DNA of 64,000 nucleotides from Ophelia neglecta (taxonomy: Eukaryota), in assembly GCA_965285935.1 (NCBI GenBank), contig OZ260665.1, positions 31,496,001-31,560,000 on the forward strand, in the 5' to 3' direction. The notes beneath the pieces are model-generated. The model did not search any database. It was not told the origin of the DNA and saw only the letters and a program-made list of their open reading frames with translations. This document shows positions 35,896 through 49,071 of this stretch, piece after piece. Within the stretch, counting starts at the first letter, position 1. Each line of letters starts with the position of its first letter. Position numbers and translations under genes: made by a program.

Positions 35896-37827
35896 CCCAC
35901 CAAACCAAAAAAACGTTTTTTTAAATGTCTTAAAAATGTTTTTTTGTAAAACATATAAACGTTTGATAAAACCCAGATTAAACGTTTATTTAACATTAAT
36001 TTGTTGGTTCTTATTAACATTTGTTTAACGTTTTTTAGAAACATTTTCAACATGCGTTTTTATAATGTTTTTCCTCAAACGCCTTTTCAACGTTATTTTG
36101 TTGGTTTTTTAAACATATTTTTAACGTTTTTAAATAACATTTTTAACAAACCTTTTTTCTCTCAAACGTGTTTCCAACGTTATTTTGTTGGTTATTTTTA
36201 ACATATTTTTAACGTAAAACAAACATTCACAGTATTATTCCTTAAATGCATTTTTTTTAACCTAGTTTTAACATATTAACAAAAACATTCTTAACAAACG
36301 TTTTTATAATGTTTTGTCTCAAACGTGTTTCCAACATTATTCTGTTGGCTTTTTTAAACATATGTTAACGTTTTTAAAAACATTCACAGTATTATTTCTT
36401 AAATGCGTTTTCAAGATTTCTTTCTTCTTTTAAACATTTAAATAATAAAAATACAATATTTTCCAACTATTAACAAAGTTAATTTAATGGGGCAACACTG
36501 CCATAAATGATAAAAGCTTTACTTTTACACAATTAATCAAGCATGCCATTGCTTTCTAGCTTCCTAGAACATACTTTGTAGCTTCCTTTATCATACTTTT
36601 TTATGGCACAAAGGTTTCCAAACCTTTTACGCTGCACATCTCAGGTGATATAACACATCTAAAATCAATCTAAATTGAACTTTAAACAAATGACAATATA
36701 CTTTATTTGATCATATTATAGAACCCCTACTCCAACATGTGATATATAGTGGACATGTTATACCAAAATAGTATTTCATAAGTGAATAAACATAAAGTTC
36801 AAAATATGGTAGAAAGTTAAGCAAATAGTTCTGTTATTCTGCGCCATTATTTAGAACAAAGAACCATAGAAAAAAATCCTATGACAAAAATGTACATGCG
36901 CGTGCATGTGTCAGAATCGTACATGCGCGCGCATGTGTCAGAATCGTACATGCGTGCGCATGTGTCAGAATCGTACATGCGCGCGCATGTGTCAGAATCG
37001 TACATGCGCGCGCATGTCTCAGAATCGTACATGCGCACGCATGTCTCAGAAAAGTACATGCGCGCGCATGTCTCAGAAACAAACATGCGCGCGCATGTCT
37101 CAGAAACGTACATGCGCGCGCATGTCTCAGAAACGTACATGCGTGCGCATGTCTTAAAACTGTTTATGCGTGCGCATGTCTCAAAACTGTTCATGCGCAT
37201 GCAGTTAATGTTTTGAGCCATGCGTGCCCAGACAAAAATTGAGTAGCCTCGTAAGTGGTTGCCTTTCAGCATACTTTAGGGCATTCTCTTCAACAGAATA
37301 TTTGTCCTATACATAATTGGACATCATTAAGTTAATGGTGTTGTAGTGATTCATAAAAAATGTGAACGTGCTTGACTCATGCTATTTAAGATTTTAAGAG
37401 GCAACATATTTCCTAGTCCAATATTTGTTATATTTTGATAATTTACACAGTGGGAAATTCTGTATGTAGGTTGCTTTGATACTTATTTGTTTATTTCATG
37501 AATAGTTTAGGCCTAGCACTACTATGGATATACATTTTTCATACGTTTTTCATGACTATCTGTTTTATACTGCTTTAGTAACGTTAAAGTAGTAACCATG
37601 AATGAACGTTTGCCTTAAATATTTGCGGTAACATAATTATCACATAATAAAAAATGCATTTCAAACGTTATGTAAACCTTTTTATTCCAAACGTTTTAAG
37701 AGAACTTTACTTTTTAACATTTATTTAGAAAATTAAAGATATTTCTAAAACGTTTTGTCTAAACATTTCTCGTTAACCATTTCATTCCACTTTAAAACGT
37801 TTGATAAAATGTTTTATGTTTGGTGGG
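35896..37827. mobile_element. Non-autonomous DNA transposon (CCC...GGG termini, TA flanks; CMC/EnSpm-like architecture)
   Basis: TA|CCCACCAAAC ... GTTTGGTGGG|TA. Many subterminal AAAC(G/A)TTTT motifs in both arms. No transposase ORF. A second copy starts at 63207. Confidence 0.8.
36890..37203. repeat. 27-bp minisatellite (~12 units) with palindromic core ACATGCGCGCGCATGT
   Basis: Unit GTACATGCGCGCGCATGTGTCAGAATC. The overlapping ORFs show 9-aa periodicity. Units diverge progressively toward the right end. Confidence 0.95.
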
Positions 37828-40800
37828 TAGGTCTTTTAAAGCAAAACCTCATTTTAATGAAGTGGTTCAAAGTAAATGACTTATTTCAATAAATTGCCTT
37901 TGTAGGCACTGTTCGTAAATACTCACCTGGTTAATTCATCTGGCCATGGTGTACAGAACACTTGTTTTCAATATTACGAAACACACATTTATTTCGTGCA
38001 AGCTACCACCACGTCAAACACAGCACTAGACTAATACAATGTTGTATCAATTTCCACTGTTTGAATATATTTTTCAAAGGCAATTTACTCGGAACTTAAA
38101 TAAGGCTTTGATACAAGGTCAGAGTCAAAGGTCACCGGTGTTGAAATGTGGCCTTCATTAGAATTTACTGAAAAGTGCAAAATTGGATATATTGGTATCA
38201 GCTTGGTTACAAGTTAAAGCCAAACCACAGGCAGCCACTCTCTTAGATATATGATGTGGAAAAATGGTTTGTAAACATATTAAGTACCACATTAAATTAG
38301 TACATGATCTGGGGCCCGCACTCGGAGCCCCCACGCAAACTTAAATATGCGATTCAGTCGGTCGAGCCGGGAAAAACTACATGTAGAGTGGCGTGTGAAG
38401 TGCCGTGTTACATGGCGGCCACTATACTAGCTACGGGTATCGTTCATATATAACCAAGAAGTTTAGGTCAATAGCGCATTTATATAAGACCCCCTCCTCA
38501 ACGCATGCAGTCATTTAAAAATCGAATAACTATTTCAATTAACCGCCAGCAAGGGCTTCTATGATTAATTATCTCAAATACGCACGGAAACTACGGTTTG
38601 TTAATGTAGGCGATTTTCATAATGTCCGCCTCAAACGACATAACGTCATAAATATGAAATATTATTATTATTATTATTTCTATTACATTGTTTTCATCGT
38701 TATTGTTATTCATATACAACAATTGAATAATTACCCAATTATTAGCCGGTGTTTTTTCCTAATATTATCATTATAATTCATGATTATCAGAAACATACGG
38801 TGTCTTCGGTGAACACACCAAAGATGAGAAAAGAAGGATTGGTGACCTTCCTGCATCTTAAAAATTATATCTATTTTAAAGTCCATAATTAATAATAGAG
38901 TTTGGAGACAAATAATAATTAATATATGGTTACTGGTCGGAAATGAAAGTATAATGATAATAATGTTAATAATGTTTACCAAATATAGATTTCAGTATTC
39001 GAACAGTTTCGTCTTTATTTATACATTTGCTGCAACAGATTCTCCGATACCATAGGCGCCTACGTTATTTCCAATCTCTCAAAACCGGCAGCTGATTTGC
39101 TTGTTAACAATAACTAAAAACACACTTAGCTGATTGGATTTTGGTCGACCAACTGCGCCTAGTGATTCCGGCATGCTGGTTACTACTTCTGGAGGTAGTA
39201 TAGTTTCATAACTTTGTTAGTAGTCTTTTGGTGAAGCATATTCGTTTACAAATTCTACCTTTGCAGTTTTTATATAGGAACCATGTTATCAGCCGGTAAT
39301 TATAAACGGACATGAATAGAACTCTCCCCAAAAATTACAATTACATAAGGCAGTGGCGGCACCTGCTGCCGTTGCTGGTACTATAGTACTGGCCTACAGC
39401 GTACTACCACAGAATGCCCCACTAATTTACATTTACTTACTTGTGACAGAATGTATAGCTATATTAAGAATGTTTTCCATTCATTTAGTGAAAGGAATTA
39501 ACCATATAAATTTAAGGTGTTAGCCACAGCATGCTTAAACATAGGCCAATTCCGCTCGTGATAAAAATTATATTAATCAAAAAATTATATTATTTTGGTC
39601 TCCAAAATAGTTTTTTATAATACATTAAGACAGTAACAAGTTTTTTTGCCACATCGGTTTGGTTGAGATGTTTAGCAGTATGCTCGATACATTTGATCCG
39701 CAGTTTCCCTATGTCTGTTCTCCGTTTTGTTCCCTTATCCTCCGTTTTCTGCTTCATTTTCTACATTTTGTCTTTTGACGAATTACTCCCTGAGGGCAGA
39801 GATAAACAACTACATCATTCCCAGTTCGTGGTCAGTTAGGAAAGAGTAACTGTATAATTGTCACTGAATTCACTTCAAGTAAATTGTTTCTCAAGTAAGA
39901 ATGTTTTCCATTCAGTTTATATATTTTTTTTCAATCAGGGTTTTATGTTGTGGAAAAAAACATGCCAAATCTTAAGGCAAAAGACGAAAACAAACTAGAA
40001 AAAAAGCAAATACGGAGGTTTCTTTTATAAGTCACACTTGGTCAAATTTATGAATGATCGGTGACAAGGGTGAAGCATTCCGTTGAACACCTTAAGTGTA
40101 TAAAGTAAACAAAATTGTTCTGTGCCCGTTAAGTTTTTTCTTTCCTTTTCACTCACAGGTGTAAACTTTATCATATACCCCTTGTAAGGCTTCGCTATAA
40201 CCTATTTATCTTTCTATTTCATAATATTCTTTTGTTTTCAAAGCCTTGTTAACAAAGGCTCTGGACTTTTATTTACTATGACTAATTATTCATAATGGGT
40301 GATCATACATATTGCCCCATGCCATATGCAGACCTTTGTTCCTAGATTAGTCGGATGCCTTCGATTCTCCCTCCATACACTGTCCCTTTCACTGTCTGCT
40401 TCCTCTCATCATAGAATATGATTTAAAGCGCTCGCCCAGGAAATCTCCTGTAGCGTTTACCATCTACAGACAATAGCTTTGATTTAAGAATAGATCTACC
40501 TGGTTGGGCCCTGACACTTTTAAATAAGTCCTTATATTGGTTCAAAATCCAAACGAAGCATTTTAAGTACTGCAGCGGTAAAATAAAGTTCGGGGCAATC
40601 TGAATGTCGGCGGCATATTATAGGGGGCAAAGTGAGCGGTCCTTAATTAAACTAACTATTTGGTCTCTGACAAAAACTGAATTAAAAAAAATTGACAATA
40701 TACTAAGTAGTGGATAATTCAATGAAGCACAACACAATTCATTCAATATTAATTCTGTACAATTTATTACATAGAATTTCAGCAACATTAAAATATAATA

Positions 40801-41078
40801 TCATCAATATTTAACAGCACTTAATCATAAAAGTCACAACAGTCACGCTAGTTACTATACCAGCGATAACATATTGATGCTTTACTGTCTTCATCAGCAA
40901 CTCTAGTGAGCTTCCGGTCCGAATACAGAGTTTGCCTCGTGTGTTATCAATAAACGACTCACTGTCGGTTAGAAATATGAATCAATGTACGTTTCCCGAC
41001 AAGTTGATATTATTAATATTAAGATGTGTCAGATTTCCTGTATGAGCATAAATAAATCATATTTTCCTCCAACCGAAA

Positions 41079-41663
41079 TCATTCCTTTTCACAGACGGGA
41101 TCTCGGTCGAGTAGTTCCTGCAGAGCGTTTATGTAAGTCTGAGCCATTTGCAGCGTCTCGTATTTGGAGAGTTTCCGGTCGCTGCTCATTTCCGGAACTA
41201 CTTCTCGGAGTCGATCGAAGGCGACATTCAAACTGTTCATACGGCGTCTCTCTCTGGCATTGGCTGCTAATCTCCTTTGGCGGAGAGTTTCTTTTGTCAC
41301 GGGCAGTTTACTTTCTAAATCACTATCTGTATCCTTTTCCGCGTCGGGCCTAATTCTGCAACACAAAGAGTCAATTTTGGTTTTTCTTTTTCTTCTGAGA
41401 GGCTTATTTAATTTGTTGGAGGTAGAGTTCGTCATAGGCTTTCGACTTCTATCCATCTTCAGATGTTGGTTCTCTAAAGCAGTTTTTGAATGATTGAAAC
41501 ACAAGTTGACACTGTCCAATTCCATTTGATTCATGTTATCACTTTCTTGGAAGTTATTGTAAGAAAAGTCTTGCTGTGTGTGATATAGGCTGGCTCTCGT
41601 CGGAGGCATCTCTCGTGAAACACATCCTTGCCACAGATAGCTTCCTCTCTCGGAACATTGCAT
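41079..41663 (-). CDS. ato: Atonal-family proneural bHLH transcription factor (ato/amos/ATOH1/7-like), single exon, 194 aa
   Basis: b[59 protein letters not shown] has the atonal signatures [10 protein letters not shown] and [11 protein letters not shown]. First ATG at 41663. AATAAA downstream at 40768-40763. Confidence 0.95.
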   Translation of the reverse strand: MQCSERGSYLWQGCVSREMPPTRASLYHTQQDFSYNNFQESDNMNQMELDSVNLCFNHSKTALENQHLKMDRSRKPMTNSTSNKLNKPLRRKRKTKIDSLCCRIRPDAEKDTDSDLESKLPVTKETLRQRRLAANARERRRMNSLNVAFDRLREVVPEMSSDRKLSKYETLQMAQTYINALQELLDRDPVCEKE

Positions 41664-41929
41664 CGTTCCTGGACTCACGATGGAAATCCTCAACAATGGA
41701 CTAAAAGGCTTGCCCTCTCTGGACTTCTTGGAATCCTAAAAATGGAGGACGACAAATGTCCCCTCAAACAGCTCCACCGTGAAAGTATGAAAAAAAAACC
41801 TTTTATGTTCTCAAATTGAAAATATTATATTAACTTAAAAGTGTTCAAATCGTACCCAGACACGTGGTCAAAACTAAGAATAATGGGTAATTCAGCTCTG
41901 GAAAGCCAACTCCTTGCGTCTCTTGATAC

Positions 41930-42050
41930 ACAGAAAATGCTCTACCTGGCATGCCACTAGCTTTATATGCCTTGGTGAGCCTCATTAGTCACAGAAAACA
42001 GAGTCATTATCTTGTCAATCTTAGATTGCTGGGCGGCCCATTGTCATTCA
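41930..42050 (-). promoter_or_regulatory. Putative core promoter of the atonal gene
   Basis: TATAAAG at 41967-41961 (minus), a GC box GGGCGG at ~42031 and a Sox-type ACAATG at ~42044-42039, about 300 nt upstream of the ATG. Confidence 0.45.
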
Positions 42051-42088
42051 ATTGAGACTGATGACATCCCTCCTCGCTCGGCTCACTC

Positions 42089-42153
42089 AGGCATGCTGTC
42101 GTGGTCTAGAGGCATGCTGTCGTGGTCTAGAGGCATGCTGTCGTAGGCCAGAG
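42089..42153. repeat. 21-bp tandem repeat x3
   Basis: AGGCATGCTGTCGTGGTCTAG twice plus a diverged third copy. Confidence 0.9.
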
Positions 42154-45100
42154 ACCACTCGTGGGCGAGTCTTATTTAATAAAAGCGCATAGGATACTTC
42201 ATCTGCAGGACACGGCTGCATAAAACTTGACAACAAGTCCTAGACGATCCAGGAAATGGTATAAAAACACAATCAGATATAAACAGAAATATAAACACAA
42301 AACCATAACCTTTCAACAGAGATCTTCTTGAAAGATTAACATTCTACCAGGAAAATTGTCCGTGTCGAGAAGGGCATGCATCCATTTCTCAGAAATTGGT
42401 TTAGTCAATTTAATTCAAGAACAGCGGCTGCTGCTTGTTGAAGATTGATTCATTTTGCTACTGTTAGCTATAGGTATTAGCTTTAGTTACGAAACAATGA
42501 AAAGCTATCCCCTTTGCCGGCAGTTTTTCTCCTACTGTCAGACTTTTGGCTGCCATTTTGTTCCTAGTAAAAACTATAGTAGGCATATTTTTAAAAAAAA
42601 ATTCCTACAATATGCCCTTTAATGAGTGGATGTTGCATGCTACAACACCTGTGAAAGTAATATTCATGCTTAGATTATAGGGGTGTATGAATCTAAAGCC
42701 ATTGAATGATCTCTTAATGAAATGTTCTGCATGCCAACCATTGGTTATTCAGAATCTACCACTTTATCAGGCTTAAAAAACATGGCACATGATTCTAAAT
42801 GAATAAATAATGTTTCTTGAATGTTCTGCAAATACAACTGTCTGCAATTTTGAAGCTTGTTTCTTCGTTAAATTATGTAGTCGCGGCATTGAAGTCGCCC
42901 GTAATAAGAATTTGCACGACCTTTTCAATCCGTCTTTTGTGTCACACTAGACACTTCTGAAGATGCGGCTAACCATACCCGCCTCCCGGTATAGGTCACG
43001 CGAATTTATCAGGATAAAGTGTGCTACAGCGACTCCGTTCTTTTCATCAGCTTGACTGATATGCTTAACTCGATTTAATGACAATCGAATGAGGAAAATT
43101 TTGTCCAGCAACACGCTATGAACAATTGGTGTATCAATGACAGAGAAAGCTGCCGCCTAGCACCAAACCTACGTAAGAAGTGTAAATTATGGGGCATTTG
43201 AAGCTAATTCACCTCTCGTCCAAATAAGATCACACCGAATTGAGGACTTCAAAGAGTAATAATAGGCAACTTGTTACTCAAGAACAAGACATCATCTCAC
43301 AGTCTCCAATTTTGGTTTTTCTACGCTTTGGACGCGGTAGACACTGGTTTTCTTTGCCCAGCCACAAGGCTTATTTCTTGCCGCTGGTTTTTGCATATGA
43401 TTTCAACTTCAGGTCGATGCATGAATTCAAAAGAGTTTCCAATTTGGCTGCCATATAACATGATTTTACTTGATAAGACATGCTACATATACATAATCCA
43501 TACAAATATGTCGGTTTATTTTTTTTATTTTGGCAAATTAAGACATTTTACATTTCAACTCTTATGAATAATATGTTGTTTACACTTCACCTGCTGGCCG
43601 ATTCGTTCGTCTTTTCTTTTCTGTTATTGCAAGCCGATTCTTAATTTAGTCACGCGACTGGGGTTGTTAAAAAACACCGACCTGACCTTTTCGTACGTCT
43701 GCCCAATAAATCAACCAACTCCGGAAGTTTATTTGTCAAGTTGTCAAAATGATATTAAATGCCGAGCTGGAAGCCTTGCAAGGAATACAAGTGTATAAAT
43801 GTTATAATTTCTTGTTATTTGGCACGAAAGTTGTCTTTAATGTCAGTCATCGGATGAACTTAGCCACGTGTTTGATATGGTTTACGAGACTATGCCAGCT
43901 TAAACATACGGTAGACGGTGAGATTTATTGAAGAGTTCATCAAATATGGATGTTAAATAACCACAACGACTAACATAATTACCACGTGCTATTTGGCAGA
44001 AAGGCATTATTCAGTAATTCAATAGAGCCTCTATCCTCAATCCTAGAAAATAACCCAGTACACGAAGCATTAAAATGAAATAGGACTCTTGGGGTGCTTT
44101 ACCCGGACACATGTGCTTCATTTTGCAAGAATTTGGGAAAATTTAGACTAACGGTCTAGTTAAGAATTATAAGGGCTACTTATTGAACTGACCTCAAGAG
44201 GTACAAATGGAAACAAGGCATATACAGATTCTGAAGAAATTACCAATGGGGCGAACAATATGCTTTGAGTGTTTATTTTTCATTGTAAATTACCCATGTT
44301 ACCTAGGGCTATGGCTATTTGTATATATTTCTGATAGTAATATTTGTTAATTTCTGATAGTAAGTTGCGTTTATCCATATATCTGGACCCTTGTGTCTAT
44401 TTAAGTTTTTTCTTCATAAATTTAGCCAATCTTCCTGTACTTGAGTCTATGGCCTAAACTATTTAGAGTGGGTATTGATTTCTCTTCTTTTAAAGAAAGC
44501 TCAGTGGTCTCCCATTTTCTACTGGCCATAAATAAAGTTCAGTGTTATACTGGACCAGGTCTAGATTAACTTATATTTGCTTTTGAAATGTGGCATCGAT
44601 TATGAGACATCGCCGGAAAATACATAATTATATTTAGAATTGTTAGAGCAGCCAACTCAGGTAATGCACTGAATATAGAAGTTCAGTGTGGCAATGCCAT
44701 GGATGCTCCGGACGTAGAGTATATTCATACGAAAGAATGCCGAAGTCAGTGGACGACAGGACCGAACTCTCGACGGACACTTCTCCCCAGACGAAACACC
44801 CCCGGGGAGGAGCAGTTAGGACCGGGCCGCTCTCCCTGCCAGCTGACGGGCCGTGTCCACCCCTATTGACGGGACGCTTCCCGCGACAATGTGACACCGC
44901 CTATATTGGGGGTATTTACCCCCAGGTGGCCTCGCTACATAATCGAGTGGGGGCGGGGATAGTGGGTTAATGAAATAAGCCATAGATCACAGCACTTTGT
45001 CCAAGAAGCAGACGACAGGTGTCATATGGCGAGTTGGGGATGGGAAAGTTTGTAATGTGGAAAACTAACAACAGTTTAAGATTGATATATTATTGGTCAT

Positions 45101-48100
45101 GTACGTCCTGTATATACACGTAACTGTCCTAGATATAGAACAGCAATGAAAGGTATCTTGCTGTCATTAAAAACCAGTGAAAGGCCAGTTATAAATCAAA
45201 ACAAGTAAATTAAACGCTGTATATATAGGAGTCTTGACGGGCAAACTTTGTCAACAACAATTTGATACAAAGCCGCTTCGTGATGCCACCTAAAATTTGG
45301 AAATAATTTGTCATATATCAGACTGGCTCAATAAGCAGTAGGACAGGTTAATAATGAGTTGGATAAACATGCACTTAGTCTTTTATTGACTATAAATGGC
45401 AACCTTACACACTTTATTCACGGCTCATAAATTTGTAAATTGAGAATTCTTACAGCATTCATACCAGTGCAGATATTATGACCATTCGTCGTATATAAAC
45501 GTATTATATGTGCAATATGCAGTAGTAAATGGTAGATTATTTTTTTTCTTTATCAAGACGCAATCTGTTATTTGTTCATATTTAAAGTTGATGTAGGTGT
45601 TACATGCGAACTCTTAACCACGAGTTGGACATTATCCTCGCCAGATAAACCACTCTAACTACATGTATCGTTTTGTCGCTGTTCTCCTGCTTAGAAGTGG
45701 GGATCGTTGCCAGAAAAGTCTGGTTTCATACTGAATTTTCCCCCCGTTTCCATAGTTGTGGTCATAATTTTGGATGATTTTCGAAGCGTGCCAGACACTG
45801 GAGAAACCGCTACTACACGAATCAGTTAGGTATCTGGTTCTAAACCACATGGTATTATTGTTGACACAAGACAGCTACTCAGTAGAAAGAGAGGGTGCCA
45901 TAATCAAGTTATATAAGCAATATACAAACAAAGATATGACAAAATTCTGATGTGCACCTCTGTAGTTTGTTTACTTCAATAAGATGCGCATAATGACTTG
46001 TTTATTCTTTTCTACCTTATCAACACAAATAAGCCTATCGGGGATTTTTGGGAACATGGATTTTAAAACTGTGGTTAATAATGCTGCACTTCTAGTTATA
46101 CATCAATCCACATCTCTATAGGCATTCCCCTTAGTAGGTCTACCTCGGCACTTTACTTTTGCTTATTAAGACCTAAGCCTAAATATATTCGTGGTCAATA
46201 GTTTGGTCAATCTCATATATTTTATGTTTTATCGAGCATTTTTCAGTATTTTAACAGGAAGGCGAATATTCGATTCCATTCCATTAAACCATTAGTCAAT
46301 TTAGCATGAATAATCATGCTAAGTCTTCTTCGAAATGGCTAAACAGTCGACATAGAGATATGTCATTAAACAGGAAATTGCCGATATTTGGCTACTCGTG
46401 TGTTAGACTTGATTCGGTAACTTCACTAAGGCACTTCGGACCCACCTCGGATACCGTAAGGCGAGCCTTGATGGGTGGTGGTGTCAGAAGACCCCCTGAA
46501 AGCAGGACTCGGCGCTAAATTGATTTTATTGGCCCTCACTGCGGGATGGGGTAACGAGGGGATCGGGCGGGTTGTTACCGAGATCAGAGGACCCCCGCTG
46601 CCCAATTCATAACCCAGTAGGCGACTCTCCTCCTCGACACTGATTGACGTCTCAAACGAGTCACTTTTAAAAACTCTATAATATAACAGGCAGTCGAGAA
46701 GTCAGAAGTGTCGACGGAAAGTCATCTTCAGGTCTAATAGTCGACAACCGCTGTCACCTGAAGGAAAATGATTAGCCTTGCTAAATTTAAACTTTGAAGT
46801 TTTCCGACATGATTTTCAAAGGAACGTAACATAATTGATTTACAACTAAAATCTAGAGGAGGGATGCCCTGTAAAACATAATATGTCACGTAATACGTCA
46901 ACAATAATACCGGATAGTGTCAGGTCTTGGTTGAGAGCTTAATGTATATACTTTCTTATAATATTCGTGTATAGTAAAGGGAGTTTTAAAATACTATAAG
47001 AGAATGATCGATGAAGTCGATAAATATAAAGACAAGTATTAGGCTATAAGAAAGAATGAACTTTGTCATCTGAGAAAAAAGGCTTTTTTCTTTGGAAAAA
47101 AGATGTTACAAATCCTAGTAATGTTAGTTCTAAGACATACTAACGATGCTAGTTACCGCAACGGACTTCCCAAAGAAAGAAAATAACTGGTTGGTTGACA
47201 TGCAGTTGAAATGAGCTTTCTTATCAGCATGTTACAATAAGAAAAACAAACTACAGGGACATTAGCGATTTCCAATTACAGATAGAACATATCAAAGTAA
47301 GTGAACAAATACCCAGACAAATGTAATTAAATTATCCGCCAGGGGCCCGTCGCTGGTGCCAGGAAGGACAAGCCACTGCCCGGGTACCCTGACAAACACT
47401 GACAATCAAATATAGCCATCTCAAAACACCCAAGGCTACGAAAGAAACATCACTTTACCACCAGCCTGCAATAAATACAGCCCAACTGAAAAGAGATGTT
47501 GAAATATTCAAACAGCGAGCATGAAGCCTATTGACACCTGCACAATGGATCTCCCGTAGATTACAAGGTGTTTAAAGCGGTGATTATCACTGTTAACTTT
47601 CCGCCTAGTTATTCAGGTGGTCGGTGGGCACTCATTATGGCTCCAATTAGGGCCCCGGGGTTAGACACCAATGTCAAATGGCATGGCAATGTATGTCTGG
47701 CTCCACATTGAACGCTAACTACAGACAACCAAGGAAATGAATTAATGAATCTTTGCATTTCTACAGACAGGAACACTTAAGGTAGCAAATGGTATATTTC
47801 ATTTTCTCATTTCCTCCTACTTGGGCGACAATCTTACAGACTTACTGGTGACATCCACGAAATGGGCCTAAATGGAGAAAAACCCAGTACAATCATTGAT
47901 ACTGTATTCTTAAAGGATTATTGTGTTAATGACTTGGAAAAAATGTTTATTCGCGATCCCAGAAATCAGATGATTGCAATGATGAACAGTATATAAGGAC
48001 ATTTAAATAATTATTAGCATATAAACGACATGAAATACACGAATTTCTCCTTATTTACTTTCCAAAATGTGCATAGTGTTGTTCTTTGTCATTGTCAAAT

Positions 48101-48213
48101 TTATAGGTTGTTAATATTTGGTCTTTTTGAATTTTAATGTACCAATGTTAAGGCTACGAATGCCCATATCTATAACTTTGGTTTGGTACCGTGATTTTGT
48201 GGCTTGCAACTTA

Positions 48214-49071
48214 TGGCCCAGTCACAATGTCGGCGATCTGTCGGGGATTAGTTTTGGCCGGGGGTCGTCGTAGAAAATAAAGAATCCTTGAACAATCCTA
48301 GCAATAATCCTAATAAAAGTGGAGCAGTCACATTGTCTGAGATTTTTTCAAGGATTTTGACCCGGTTTTGTCGAAAAATCGTGGGATTAGCCTCCGATCG
48401 CCTCCGATTGCATCGGAGGCGATCGGAGACGATATCTGCGAGCGTCTTTTCTTTTAATTTTTCCCCCACCATGGGTAGGCCTATATGTGGGGGAAAAGAA
48501 GGGTTTTCTGACCTCGCATCTCTAATTCTCCCTGTACACTGTAGCGTGGTATCCCTCATCTGCTTGTACATAGAACAGTCACTTCAACTCTGCAGAGAAG
48601 CTGGCGCTGATTCCGCCCCAGAGGCTCCGTGTGGGCCGTGTTACAGAGTTGAGGAGAAGGGAGGCAGTGATGCTGGCCCTTCTGGCTGATGAGGAGGAGA
48701 GGATCGGTGCTGTTGAGAGAAGGCGCAGGAGACCAAGACAGATGTGGGTGCGGCCCACACAGAATCTTGCGACTAGTCTCAGATTATTCGGAGGACGCCT
48801 CCGATAAATCGGAGGGCATCGTAGGTCATCGGAGATTGTGTCTGGGATGCCCAAAATGGGTGAAAAATCGTGCTAGCAATCTTCAAATTTTAAGCTCAAA
48901 GATGGGGACCGCGACGGGTGTGGCGATGCCTAAAAAATCAGCGACAAGCCGCAGGCGTCCGGAGAGCGCCTCCGACGGGTGCAAAATCGTGAGATCTGTC
49001 TCAAGATTTTGTTAAAATTTCTCGGGTTTTACCCATCGCCGACGCATCGCAACTGATTTGTGACTTGCCCA
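48214..49071 (+). mobile_element. Internally deleted PIF/Harbinger DNA transposon
   Basis: TTA target-site duplication (48211-13 and 49072-74). Imperfect TIRs TGGCCCAGTCACAA / TTGTGACTTGCCCA. Subterminal TCGG(A/C)G/CTCCGA repeats. Internal remnant ..MLALLADEEERIGAVERRRRRPRQMWVRP resembles a Harbinger transposase N-terminus. Confidence 0.8.

Noticed and set aside
36847-37272. Repetitive ORFs (ETCARMYDS / MRAHVSESY) or a CRISPR-like array
   Set aside because: These are translations of a 27-bp minisatellite. Units are directly tandem with no unique spacers, there are no cas genes, and the context is eukaryotic.
42890-43080. CTGAAGA-containing segment as a hammerhead or LINE 3' fragment
   Set aside because: No stem II plus GAAA follows, and the similarity to a LINE C-terminus is too weak to call.
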